From Chara braunii (lineage: Eukaryota > Plantae > Charophyceae), in assembly GCA_003427395.1 (NCBI GenBank), contig BFEA01000023.1:1135922-1199921 (forward strand): a stretch of 64,000 nucleotides of DNA, read 5' to 3'. Positions within the stretch are counted from its first letter, which is position 1, and every line of letters starts with the position of its first letter. Below the pieces are notes generated by a model that was not told the DNA's origin, ran no database searches, and saw only the letters and a program-made list of their open reading frames with translations. Made by a program: the position numbers and the translations under genes. Below are positions 1-12,044 of the stretch, one piece after another.

Positions 1-1499
1 GGGGGGAGGAGCAGGGGAGGGGGAGGAGCGGAGGAGTGCGCAGGAGCGGCGGAGGGGGGAGGAGCAGTGGAGGGGGTAGGAGTGGGGTTGGGGGAGGACT
101 GGCGGAGGGGGAGGAGCAGCGGAGGGGGCAGGTCGTCCGTGGTCCATTGGTCGGACATCGCCGGCCTCCAGTGCCCGACGGGCCCCCAACGACCTTCCAC
201 TGTTACCGTTGGCATGGAAATGCGTGGGGGTGGTTCTTCAGCTGCAAGGCGCTTCACGAAGCAGGGTTTTCCATGCGCGCGTCGCCGGCTTTGGTGTCCA
301 ACGGTCGATTTTTATTTTTTTTCTACAAGCGATGTTGAAGCACTGTCGGTCGATTGCAGTCATCTGCCTAGCGTGTTTTGTCGGCTATTGCAAGCTTTGT
401 TTGCTACACGCCTCGCATTCTGCGATTCATGGCAAACGTGCGGTTCCCGCCCTGCTGCTAGCCATTTTACTCCTGCTCCTTGTCGTGTTGTTCCACATGT
501 GCATCATTGTGCGGGGTCCTGGCAGCAGACAGAAACGACGAACAGTGAGGAAGACGACAATCGACAGGCGGGAAACCTCCAGCAGACAGCCGACGCGCCA
601 TTGACTACACTCCGCAGCTTCTCCTTGTAGTAGCCCTCCGCAGCGTCGTCAACCTGTCGGAGATCCTCCCATGTCCCTCCCGTCCTTCTCCTCATCCACC
701 ATCTCGGCGTCGCCCACGGGATCAAACCTGATGCCATGGCACAACAGAATTGCACAATGGATTCCGATAACGACACACATTGTCAATCAGTTGCATCCAT
801 CACTTGTTGCATCAGCTGCCTCTGCATGCGAACGAACAATCTCATCCTCAGGCGAGTTGTCGTTCTCTCAATGTGATAACGCATGGCGACGACTGACATA
901 GCTGCGACCAACGTGTTTCTCTCCAATGTCATTAATGCCACCACCCAGGAGCTCTCGTTCCATCGTCAGGACTTGCAATGCGCAAGCACCCACCACTCGT
1001 TCGCCCGCCGGTGCCCTCGTTGCACCTTCTGCATGTCGATGGGGACCTCGCTCACACTCTTCACGTTTCACGGAAGTGATACGTTCGCGCTAAGCTGTGA
1101 CGGCCCGAAGAGCATGCGAAAAACGAAGGCGATGTCGCAGTAGAGAACCGTTACGCATACAGGCTACATTGCCCAACATTCCAATGCCCTCCTTTTAAGC
1201 CATGGCCACCATCACTCCTCCGCACAGACATTTCGCCCCAGTCTCCGGTCCAGCCGCGAGGACGCCTCACGCATGGATGTGTCACAACGGAGGGTTCAAA
1301 ATTTGAGATTGGAACGGGGATGTTGACGCCCTTTTTTTTCGTCAGTCTGGTAGGCCTCCCCGCCGCCGCTGCTGGACCACGCGCGAGGACGCACGGACAT
1401 CCAAGCACGATGACGGACATCCACCCCCGCAGCCGCGTGTATGCGTATGAAATTGGCCGCTGGAGACCTCCAAGGGTTTTCCTTGGGACCGATTGAATT

Positions 1500-1595
1500 A
1501 GGACGCGGTGTAACGAGGACGCCGAAAACCAGAAAATTTTCCAAGGACTTCATCCTAATTCCTGAGGATTTTCCAAGGAGGGTCTAACGAGGCCC
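1500..1595. mobile_element. Probable right end of a PIF/Harbinger-like element extending off the left of the window
   Basis: Ends ...TCTAACGAGGCCC|TGA, the same GGGCCTCG terminus as other Harbinger-like MITEs here. The partner TIR was not seen. Confidence 0.35.
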
Positions 1596-1877
1596 TGAGT
1601 ATGTGAACCCTTGAGTAGACACATGGTTCATAGAGTGAGTCTGTGAACCTTTGAAGTTTGAACACACTTCAGTGCATGCATGTGTTTCATAGCTTCACAA
1701 CTGGTCACACAAACAATTGACCTGGTTAGTGGGCACATGGTTCATTGAGTGAGTCTGTGAACCCTTGAGTGGAAACATGGTTTATCTGTGGTTAAAAAAA
1801 GAGATATGCTCCTTGGTGGGACTTGTCCATATCTACCCAGTATGAGTATGCTACTATGCTATGAATTGCACGTATAG

Positions 1878-2174
1878 CTAGGCTACCAGAGTGGCCAGGG
1901 TCCACTTGCCCGGCCGGACCAAAAAGAAATAAAAAAATAAAAAAAAATAAAAATTAGTTTTCAATTTAAATTTTTATTTTAAATTTGGTAACGAATTTCG
2001 ATGTGACCCTGAGGCAAAAGTTGTTCAGTTTATTTTTCTGCATAACATAGTTTTTTTTCGGATTTTGTGGATTTTTTTATTATTATTTTTTTTGGCTGGG
2101 ACCTTCCCTAGTCCTTGCACGGCCGGGCCACCCAGGAAAATAGGGTGACCCAGGCGGCCCGGCTGGTAGCCTAG
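1878..2174. mobile_element. hAT-like non-autonomous element (MITE family A)
   Basis: TIRs CTAGGCTACCAG...CTGGTAGCCTAG; perfect 8-bp TSD ACGTATAG (1870-1877, 2175-2182). Confidence 0.85.
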
Positions 2175-2412
2175 ACGTATAGTGACCTATCGAATCAGAG
2201 GTAATGTGAACTACTTGCCGAGGGAAAAGGAACCCGACTGACGCAACCTGGAGCCATGACATTATGGTCAACGTTCAAAGAAACAAAAAAGCAATTAGAA
2301 GATAATAATAATTCAAATAATACAAGAAACAAACACTACGTGCTGCCTGTTTGCATTATCCTGAAAACTCGACAAAGATTGATGCCACAATCTCTCCTAT
2401 TAAAAACAATTA

Positions 2413-2440
2413 ACACACACACACACAACCTCGGCTATCA

Positions 2441-2474
<34 letters not shown>

Positions 2475-2506
2475 NNNNNNNNNNNNNNNNNNNNNNNNNN
2501 NNNNNN

Positions 2507-2556
<50 letters not shown>

Positions 2557-2565
2557 CCTCGGCCA

Positions 2566-2601
<36 letters not shown>

Positions 2602-2610
2602 CCTGGGCTA
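2413..2610. repeat. Compound (CA)n microsatellite with ACCTCGGCYATC spacers and an N gap
   Basis: Direct reading. Confidence 0.9.
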
Positions 2611-3419
2611 CTGTCAGGTTCAACCTCCCCATGAGTCGGTGAAAGTCCGACGAAACAGTCTGGCACAGTCATGCTTTTTTTGTGGATTTGCATAGAGCGA
2701 ACATGATAACGCACACGCACACACACACACACACACACAAACACACATGTGAGGCTTTTCAACCAACTGTGCAAACAATGTTCGCCAGTCAGTTAAATCA
2801 AATACAAGAGTCCAATAGCAATTGCAATGCCATAATTACTCAATCGGATTTGCCTTAGGGAGAGAGTGACCAATGACATCAACATTGGAGAAAGATTTCC
2901 CAGATGGCAAGCAAAGACGCGATTGAAGTGCACACACATCCATGCACGCAGATTAAATGAACAGAAGCGCCTGTCCCAGTACTCATTCACTCATATGCAT
3001 ACGCCTGACAAGCATAGAAAAAGCTAGAAAGAAGGCTAAGGTTGGAAGTCGAGTTAAGAGATCAGACAACACCACAGATGCAGAGCACAGAAGGAAACAC
3101 CTTTCAAGCCGTGCAATGCATATCTCTGCTAGTCAAACTCTATGATCCGCCCACTAACTGCACTCAACAACGATCACTTATTCCAAAGCATGGCGATGCT
3201 CTGCCCTCCAGCAAAAGGAGACCAAAAGCACATCAGAAGAAACCAACTGCTCAGCTACATACACAAGCAAGCAGCTCCACAACCACCTCGGAGTCACCGC
3301 TACCCCCCCAAGACACAAAACCACATCAGAATTTCAGATGCAACAAACTGCTCAACTACTTACACATGCAAGAAGCTTGACAACCACCTCCCCTCTACCC
3401 CCCCCCCCCCCCCCCCTTC

Positions 3420-3484
<65 letters not shown>

Positions 3485-3902
3485 AATATATATACGGGTT
3501 GATAGGGTACACTGGTACAGTATGCATAGCCATATGCATGACAGACTTTTCCAACATACAATCCATCGAATTTCTATCCAGCGCCAATCGACGGTTACAA
3601 TCAGTCGTGATGAGACGGAGAAAAGGACTTGGCAAACGCTTTTGACCAATCCTGAGGAGAAGAAGCAAGAACCTGTGGCCGCTTGCGGCCCAATCAACGG
3701 AGATGGGGCACAGAATCCCTCTTATATGTCAGGATGCTTCGGAATGGACAAGGATACAATCAGCGAACACGGTGTACCCTATCTTCTTAAATTAACATTA
3801 TTTGAAAAGTTAGCAGGAGAAACCACAGTGAAGGATTCATCCTGTCGCAATCATGGTAGCAAGCCAAGCTCTAAAAGCCAAACGCAAATGCAAACCAACT
3901 GA

Positions 3903-4579
3903 CTACGTTGGAACGGCCGTAGGAATCTGTCCAGTGAAGCTGTGCTGTGTTAGTCGAGCAAACACTGGAGAGAAGACTCCAGAAATGTATGTCGAGGGTT
4001 CTGACTGAGTATAGTTGAGTCGTATATCGAGGAATTGATCGTCTTGACTTGGACCCCCAACAATAGCCCCGCTGATGACATTAGGATCTGGGTTGGTGGT
4101 GTTGAGCCAGTACCTACCTCCTTTACACGTGTACGCATCCTTTGGAACAATGTCATTCGCAGTTCCCGGGACCGCGATAGATGCACCCCGATGATGCACA
4201 TGAAACGGGTATTTTTCTCCAAGCCCAACCATGTAGCTCATGCCGAGGGGATTATTCCCGAGAACGTACTCTGACTGGTACTGAACCCACTTTATGGCTC
4301 GATCTGGATCGGACTTGCACAGACCGAGCTGTTTGCTTTTCGTCTTCAGGAAATCTGCATGGATGAGGACGATAAACACGGACGCAGCAACGTACTCCAG
4401 CTGATCGCCCGGTCGCAAAAAAGCTAACCCTGCCGTAGTCGAGGGGTTCTGATTGGACATCTGAAAGCATGTAAATTGTTCCGCCAACGCACTGTACCCA
4501 TCAAGGTCTTTCTGAGACACCTTGCCAAGAGCATTCATCCTCAGCGAATCCGGCAATGTTGTGATGAGCACGTGCAGAC
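3903..4579 (-). CDS. GH9 endoglucanase exon 4 (terminal)
   Basis: Acceptor ATCTAG|GT completes the Gly codon. Encodes YVLGNNPLGMSYMVG, HVHHRGAS (His site), GAIVGGP and DIRLNYTQSEP (catalytic Glu); TAG at 3903. Joined CDS is 2574 nt = 857 aa + stop. Confidence 0.93.
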
Positions 4580-4624
4580 CTAGATTATCAACGCAAAGAA
4601 ACACACACCCACCAATTAGCCATT

Positions 4625-4663
4625 GTATGTATAATTGTTCCGCTGAAGCGCACTGTAATCATC

Positions 4664-4698
<35 letters not shown>

Positions 4699-4787
4699 AA
4701 ATAATCATTCAGGTTTTTCTGAGCCACCCACCCAAGATTATTCATCCTCAGGGAATCAGGCAAATATTGCGAGCAGTACACGCAGAC
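4625..4787 (-). pseudogene. Decayed tandem duplicate of the 5' end of GH9 exon 4 (pseudo-exon in intron 3)
   Basis: Follows an AG. Translates GLRVLLAI/LPDSLRMNNLGWVAQKNL(N/D)DYSAL versus the real GLHVLITTLPDSLRMNALGKVSQKDLDGYSAL, with frameshifts and a poly(A) insertion. Confidence 0.85.
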
Positions 4788-4984
4788 CTCGGCACAACGA
4801 AACGTCCAGCAATTCACCACCGACTCACTGCTCATCCCTGCCAAATTGTACACAACTGCCGGATCGCCAGATTATAGGAGGTTGGCTGGCTATTCTTCAT
4901 GTCCACAACAATATATTTCTACACATTGCGTAGCCAACCTACTGAATTCAGGAAAAGGCACGAGGTCTTCACTTGCCAAAACTA

Positions 4985-5089
4985 CCGTCTTCACCCGAAT
5001 AAAACGCCCGCTCATTATCGCTGCATCTGGACTGAAAGTTGTGCCAAATGCAGCGGTAATGACCGGGCATTCTATTCGGGTGAAGAAGG
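4985..5089. mobile_element. Tc1/mariner (pogo-like) hairpin MITE in GH9 intron 3
   Basis: Near-perfect ~46-bp inverted arms CCGTCTTCACCCGAATA...TATTCGGGTGAAGAAGG, flanked by TA. Confidence 0.75.
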
Positions 5090-5820
5090 TAGTTATGCTT
5101 TACACGATGCCACAAGAAGAACATGTACCAAACAAAGAGGATAAAATGCAACTGCCACTATTAAACAGCTGTCTGCCACTGAATTTCAGGTGGATCTCAC
5201 TCCAAGTAAAAATCAGTCGTATCTGTATCTGATCTGGATACAGATCGGATAGTACAGATACAGATGTGATGAGGTTACAAAAATAATAAAATACACATCC
5301 AATTTGAAGGAGCGCCGTAACTAGACGCTGATCTCCTTCGTAAAGAGTCTAAAGACCCTTCCAAGATTTGGGTGTAGCTTCACATTCAGCGGAGGTAAAT
5401 TTCTCTCAGAAGATTGTCCAGGTGTTCTTCCTTCTCGATACCTGTTCTCTGTCCACCACCGCCAACTCCTCCTCCGCATCATCATCATCATAGCTTGACT
5501 TTGTATTAGGAGCACCTGTGGATCACAAGTATTCAACGCACATCCTGCATTACAACAGTTCTTGCTGGCCAGACAAAAAAAAAGAAACAAGTGTCGCTCC
5601 CCCAGCATCAGAAAGTAGCACGGGGAGATGATTGCGATCATGGGAAGATGGAGCAGATACACTGAGAGGATGTGCATTGATGAAATGCATCAAAATAAAA
5701 TAAAACAGACAATGGGAAACAAATGGAAGCGGCAAACTTTCACAATATACATAGAGAGAGAGGAGTTGTAGACGTGAGACGGCAATGGGGAGACAGACAA
5801 AAGGCAGTTGACACACAGAC

Positions 5821-5934
<114 letters not shown>

Positions 5935-6808
5935 NCAGGGAGGAATGGGGACAAAGACAGAGACCAGGACAGATAGATTGAGAATCAATAAACCCATAAA
6001 GACAGATAGATCGATAGATAGATAGATCATCCATACACTCATAAACATAGGAGGAGAAACTGTGAAGGGAGGGGGCAAACAGTGAAACTAGAATGGATAT
6101 ATCAACAGGTCCTCTCAGGGAGAGAGAGCGAGAGAAAAAGGGAGGGAGGGAGGGGCAGACGAGGGAGTTTTGATTGGCCAGCCGACCCATGTGCGACCCC
6201 AAAAGCTCTACAGGTCCCAGGCCATTCGGATTGTGGCCTGGGACGGTAGTTATATGCAATGCCCACTGGTCGGTTCACTGATGGCAAGATATGACATGCG
6301 TACCGCCCTTATCTGTCGATTCCGTTTGCCATGCGTTCCATGGTAGCGCAAGCACGCAGCAACCACTAGTGGACTAGCGAGGACAAAATTTCTGACAGCG
6401 CCCACTGCAACGATACTTAAGCCCTTGATGCACTGATCATCAGCTCACGCAGAGGAGTTGGGCATGGGGAACGGATGGAGATTGCCAAGGAGTGGTGCCA
6501 TGGTACACCCCCGTTTGGTCGAGTCTGAAGGTACAATCCAATCGTCTGGTGATTTTAATTGTACCCTCCCATCGTATACAATTACTAGAAACGACACAGT
6601 CAAATGCTGTGGAAACCCCCTGGCCTCCCGGAGGACCGACACTTGACGGAAGATGTGCAGCCAGAACATGGACAGGACCATGAGCCAGCAGTTGGCCTGG
6701 AGACGGCACACGTCTTAAAACTTTTCTTCTCCTTATACAGGGAAGTTGACATAGGACTATGTGACTATGTCCAACACCGAGTACATACAAGCCTGCTGAA
6801 CAGCTTAC

Positions 6809-6995
6809 CTGCGTGCTTAGAGTCCCAGCTGAACTCAAAGCTCTGGTGAGTCTGAGTCAGATCTGCCGCATACTCCAAGTACTCCACATTTCCTGTAGCT
6901 CGATACAGCCACGCATTGCACCACAGGAGTTCGTCTTCATATTCCGTCGAGTTGTAGAAATGTATCGCCGATGGAACGCTTTCAGTGTAGTAGCC
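6809..6995 (-). CDS. GH9 endoglucanase exon 3
   Basis: Acceptor TTTTGCAG|GGC; encodes GYY...FYNSTEYEDELLWCNAWLYRATG...FSWDSKHA-G; donor G|GTAAGC; 187 nt, phase 0/1. Confidence 0.93.
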
Positions 6996-9900
6996 CTGCA
7001 AAAGTGCGGCACAGAATTGAGTTCAATATCACCAACCAAAGAACCATACTCATGAGCTCAATCCTGTTGAGTCCAACTTGTTCAAAACAACACGGTTAAC
7101 GACATACGCGGACACGCTTCCACACTTTTCGCAAAGTGGCTCCGACAATCCATGAGCACAGTGTATTGGCTCTGCCACCACCATAGTCTGACAAAGGGCC
7201 TCGACCGGTCACCTTTACCATACCACTGGAGAAGGACCTACCTGCTCAAGCGGTCACAGACACCTGCAGACCTGGTGAGCAAATGTCCTTGTGTATGTAC
7301 CTCTACACAGTTCAGTCAGATGGAGTGAGATAAGCAAATATATTAACCTCACTCCATTGCTATTGTTCTTCCAGCGCTTGAGCGCATATGTCCCAAACCC
7401 ACCCCGTTGCATCGCTCAATTTCGTCACTTACCGGGTCATCATGACAAGTGCATGAATGCCACAAATCAACCGACCATAGCTCCGAAAGCCAGCCGCAGA
7501 GAGATTGAGCTCCACGTTCCAGACATGCAACCAGGATGTGCACGTGCGACCTCCACATTTTGCAAGCCAAATGTAGATTCATCAGGGATGGACAACAATC
7601 TCTGAGTCTGTTGTAGTGGGACATCAACTGTGGCCCCAAGAAGCAGGCAAACGGGGGGGACAGCTGTGCGCTCGCCAATAAGCATCGTCTAAATAACATG
7701 TCTGTGAGCTGGGCATATAAGCATTATTAAGACATCCTTGCTTGCTCCTTGATCAGAGAATGCAGCTCCATTGCTCCGAGGAAGGCATGGAAAGAGAACA
7801 CACACACATACCATAACTACATGCCAGTGCACTGGGAGTATACATGCTGTAAGCCTCATTGTGTGAAGATAGGTGGCATGGTCAATCTCCCTCACCTCTC
7901 TCTCCTACACATTCATCCATCTGCTGAGCAACATCACTGTTGGACCTACAGAGTGACCCAATGTAGAAGGCGCTTCATTTTATCCCCTCCTGACAACTTT
8001 GTGAGGCCATCGTGGCCTCGCAGGTGTAAATTGGTAGGGCAATACGTGAAGGCCTGGCCTCGGTAGTCACTGGCAGGACCCTAAGTGAAGGCCAGGCCTG
8101 TGCAAAGTAAACCTCGGCCTATTCTGGAAAAGACAGGGATAGACCGGTCAGGGTGCCCGCCCAGGTAGTTGGATCCCGGCTGCCCGCAGCCTCTTCCAGA
8201 AGATACCGCCTACCATTCGGCCCAGATTGTTGCCTTGCATAAAGGAAGAACCCAGGGCAGACCGGGGATATTCGAGAGTTGGCGACAGTGCCGGACTGCT
8301 GAAGCACACGCGACAGGTGCCTGGAGGCACCACTGATGTCTGACACAGTGATCAACAGAGAGCAAACCGGCAGCAGCAGCCATAGCTGGGCTGGCCGAAT
8401 GGAGAAGAGTGGTGGCACATCGAAGGGAGACCCTGGGAGGAGGAGGAGGAAGGCCGGAGGGAGAACCTGACAGTGGCCAAGAAGAGCTTCAGAGTGGTAA
8501 AATTCTCCGTTAAGGCATTCGTGGGAGGAGCACTGTACATTTTTTGGTGTAGTGTAGGCTAAGCAAGTAGAGTAGGCGAAATAATTTTCAAATAAAAAGG
8601 AAAGAACAGACTTCGTTTCGCATTCCCTCTTGTTTTCTTGTGAGCAAACAAAGTCACAAGCAGTCGTCTAGTCGGTAATCGTTGTGAGGAAACCGTACTG
8701 GAGGAACGTGATTCACAAGTACATGAACTCTCATGATTCATATGCAGCAAGGCAATCAGCAGAAATGACACAGTAGTGATCACACAGACACACAGACACA
8801 AGAACAGACAAGGTTGTCATCCTTTTTGATAATGAAAAGCCCTCTTCTCACCTCACACCAATCAACACAACAACAATGATACTTCTCTTCTCTTGCTCTC
8901 TTCCCTTAACGTAAACATGCATGCAATCATCTGCACCGCACACATTACCAGGCTATCCTGATACTCTGTCCGAACGAAATGCTGTCGGAATGATTGACCG
9001 GAGTAGGTGATCTCCAACATTGCGTTGTCGTATTCCCAGGAGTTGGGCTTCGTGGAGACTGGTATCAGTCTCGATTCAACTCCACACACACGTCCTTCAT
9101 GAAACATATACCAGGGCGTCAACGTCCATAGTCCCCAGCCCGAAACACATGGAGGGAACTCCTACTCAAGGGGGGGAAAGTCCATTCCTCCTCATCCTCC
9201 TTCCTTCACGCCTCTTCTTCCACCATCTTTTCATGAGCTTTCACGACCTGGTTATCAAGGGCGAAGTTGTTGCCCTTTCCTTTTGCTCCTCAATTTCCCT
9301 CCCTCCCTCCCTCCCTCCCTCATTCACCTCCCACTCAACTTTCACCCTATCGCTCATAAGCTTCACTCATCTCGCTGCTTGTGAGTTTGTGCCCCACAAA
9401 GAGATTCAGTGAGGTGCATTGACTGTCTTCCTCCTGTCATCCCAGCTCTTTGGGAACTTCCAAATTCTATTTGTCGAGGGGAATAGCGGGACACAGGCAG
9501 AAAACTATAACCCTATAAAACACTACTTCTCTTTACTGCTATTCCTTCTCCCTCCCTATGTCATTCCCTGCCTTCCCGCCCTCCTCTTTATGATCTCCAG
9601 CTCCTTACACTCTGCAAAACTTCGGGGTAAATACGAATAACAGAGGCTAGAAAAAAAGTCATTTCTCTTCCTCATCCTCCTTCCCTCATCCCCCCCCACT
9701 CCTCTTCCGCCGGGTCTTCGTGAGATTGCATCATCATCTGTTTGCCAGAATATTATTACCCCTTCACACTGATCCTCCTCCTCCCTTCCTCCCTCTCCCT
9801 CACTCGTCTCCCCTTCATCTTCCATCCCTCTCATTCATCATCTTCATCCCATCTTTAACTCTGCCATTTAAGACCACCTTGCCATGATCAACGCATAAGG

Positions 9901-10321
9901 GTCACACCCATCTTCCTCCCGTCATTCCCTCCTCTTCATAACCATAGATAACCTGTCTCGCAAGGGGGGGAAAAGAAAAGAAAATGATATAAAATTACTA
10001 CAAATGTAAATAGGACCTCCCCCCCTTCCCCCTCCCCACCGCTTCTCCTCGCTCATGTTCCGGGTGTTCTTTTTTTTCTTCTTCTTCTTTTTTTCTCTTT
10101 TTTTTTCTTCTTTTTTTTCCTTCTTTTCTTTTCTTTGGCAGAGGGGAAAGGGAGACGAAGGCGAATCTGTTCACCGTTCATATCTTGATCCTCTGCAGAT
10201 TTCACACTTGAAAAGTAAAACTTCGTGCAATGTTACAGATCGGTCTATGCAGAAAAAAAAGGAGTGTATAGGAGGTGGAGGCATGAAGAATCCAAAGAAT
10301 TCCAAACGTTGATTCGATTAC

Positions 10322-10549
10322 CTTGTACTTCATGGCAAATTCACAAAGATCAGCTGCGGTGGACAGAAGCAGATGACGGTACGTCTCATTCACATTTCCC
10401 AAGGCAATTGAAGCCGCAGCCAAGGCAGCAGACATTTCACCTGCAACATCAGATCCTGGATGGGAAGCATTCACAGCCATCGCCTTCCTGGGGATTGTCG
10501 TGTCTTCTGGCCGCAACCAACAGGGATGATCCAATTCAGGATCGCCTAC
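10322..10549 (-). CDS. GH9 endoglucanase exon 2
   Basis: Acceptor TTTTGCAG|GTAGGC; encodes VGDPELDHPCWLRPED...PGSDVAGEMSAALAAAS...KYK; donor AAG|GTAATC; 228 nt, phase 0/0. Confidence 0.93.
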
Positions 10550-11361
10550 CTGCAAAACAGTGCATTGATGATCAGACACATGTGGTGATTTTGACTTGCT
10601 TTGAGAAGAATGTACTTTTCTAGTAACTACGACATTGTGCAGAACATGTCTTTTACCCTATCCCAAGAGGCTTGATTCTTGCGATAGCCAATGACGGCCC
10701 CTAGCGAGCCTTTGGAGGCTCACAGAGTTTTCAACAAATATAGGAAACAACTCATGGTTAAAAGGTTCTGCATTTACTGAAAAAGATCCTGCTTTCTCAT
10801 GTTTATAGTTTCAAACCTTATGTATGCAACACACTCAACATCCACATAAAATAGACTCTACAGAAAATTGTTTTGGACAGCTTCAGAAATCACAGCGAGT
10901 CATGATAGAAAAAGAAAATCAGCGTCGAAAGATGCCAACTTTCCAGGTTTCAGAATTGGTATGGGTCAACTTATCCAAACAAAAAACAAAAAAACAAAAA
11001 AAAAAAGAAACCTCATCCAAGTTCACACCCGAGGAGGATACGTCACAGAAACTGATGCCACAGTAATACGCATCATGGACTTTTCTTTTTTTTCTTTTTG
11101 GATTTGATTTTTAGACACCATGGACAATTTTAGACGTTGTAGGAGATGATTCTGGCAGTCCTACCTATGTGGTTGATGTTCCCCCCCTCACCTTCGCACC
11201 TACACAGTTTTCCAACGAGTTTTTTCTTGCCGTTTGGCCTTGTCAATTCTGCTTTCAGTTGCTCTGCTCATGCCAGGCCTTTATCAGTTCTTGCTGGTCA
11301 AAATGTGGTGCTCTCACATGCTGGTTCCTTGCATTTCGGTATCAAAAAAGGCAAGAATAAG

Positions 11362-11527
11362 GGTATCCCAGAGGATGTCCGAGCGTAAGAGGGGGGTGGG
11401 AATGTGAGGCTCTCCGGCCCTAAGAGAAGGCCGCCGCGATACCACGAGCGGGGCCACAAGCAGGCTAGTTCCTCGGGCTGAAACTTTTTATTCCTGCACA
11501 CTCACAAAAAAAAAACAAAAAAAAAAA
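11362..11527 (+). mobile_element. Short poly(A) retroposon in GH9 intron 1
   Basis: GC-rich body, A tail ~11506-11527, imperfect TSD AAAAAAGGCAAGAATAAGGG / AAAAAAGAACAGAATAAAGG. Confidence 0.45.
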
Positions 11528-12044
11528 GAACAGAATAAAGGACGAACAGGGTAAGGAGAAGATGGTACCAACGGGCATAACCCAGTTGGTACACCCATCA
11601 ACTATCGAAACACAGACCTAAGTTTGAAATCCTGCTCCAACTCGATGAATGAAATACCTGAATTACCCGGGGCCAGTCAGCTCGGCGATGATATCTCAAG
11701 GGCATCGCCCTTTTTCTCTATACTACCAAAGAAAACAGAGGGTCTCGCGTGACTCCCCACGTGAGAGCCGGTTCCCAGTTTGGGGAACTTGGCAGGAAGG
11801 GGGCGCGACAGGCAGAGGCGGAAAGCCACGGTCCCACACGAAAGTGTGGGGCGAAACGACCTGGGCCGCCGCCCTTTTTAATAATTGAAAAAAAAGGGGA
11901 TAAGGAGGATCGGAAGAGAGGAGCAGAGAGAAAAAAACGGCACAAAAATGAACGACGGGACCAAGAAGAAAGAGTGAATCCATGTTTCCATCGTAGTAAG
12001 GAAAATATTTATTCAGCAGGGAAAAAAATGTGCGCATTAATTAC

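Noticed and set aside
671-901. hAT dimerisation motif (ASAASACERTIS)
   Set aside because: Only a short resemblance with no flanking domain conservation.
7100-7900. L1 RT remnant in GH9 intron 2
   Set aside because: Only faint FLG/GGFG-like hints; too weak to call without a profile search.
8119-8418. Nested secreted-peptide gene or alternative signal-peptide exon in GH9 intron 2
   Set aside because: The ORF starts at GTG with no nearby in-frame ATG and has no convincing splice donor.
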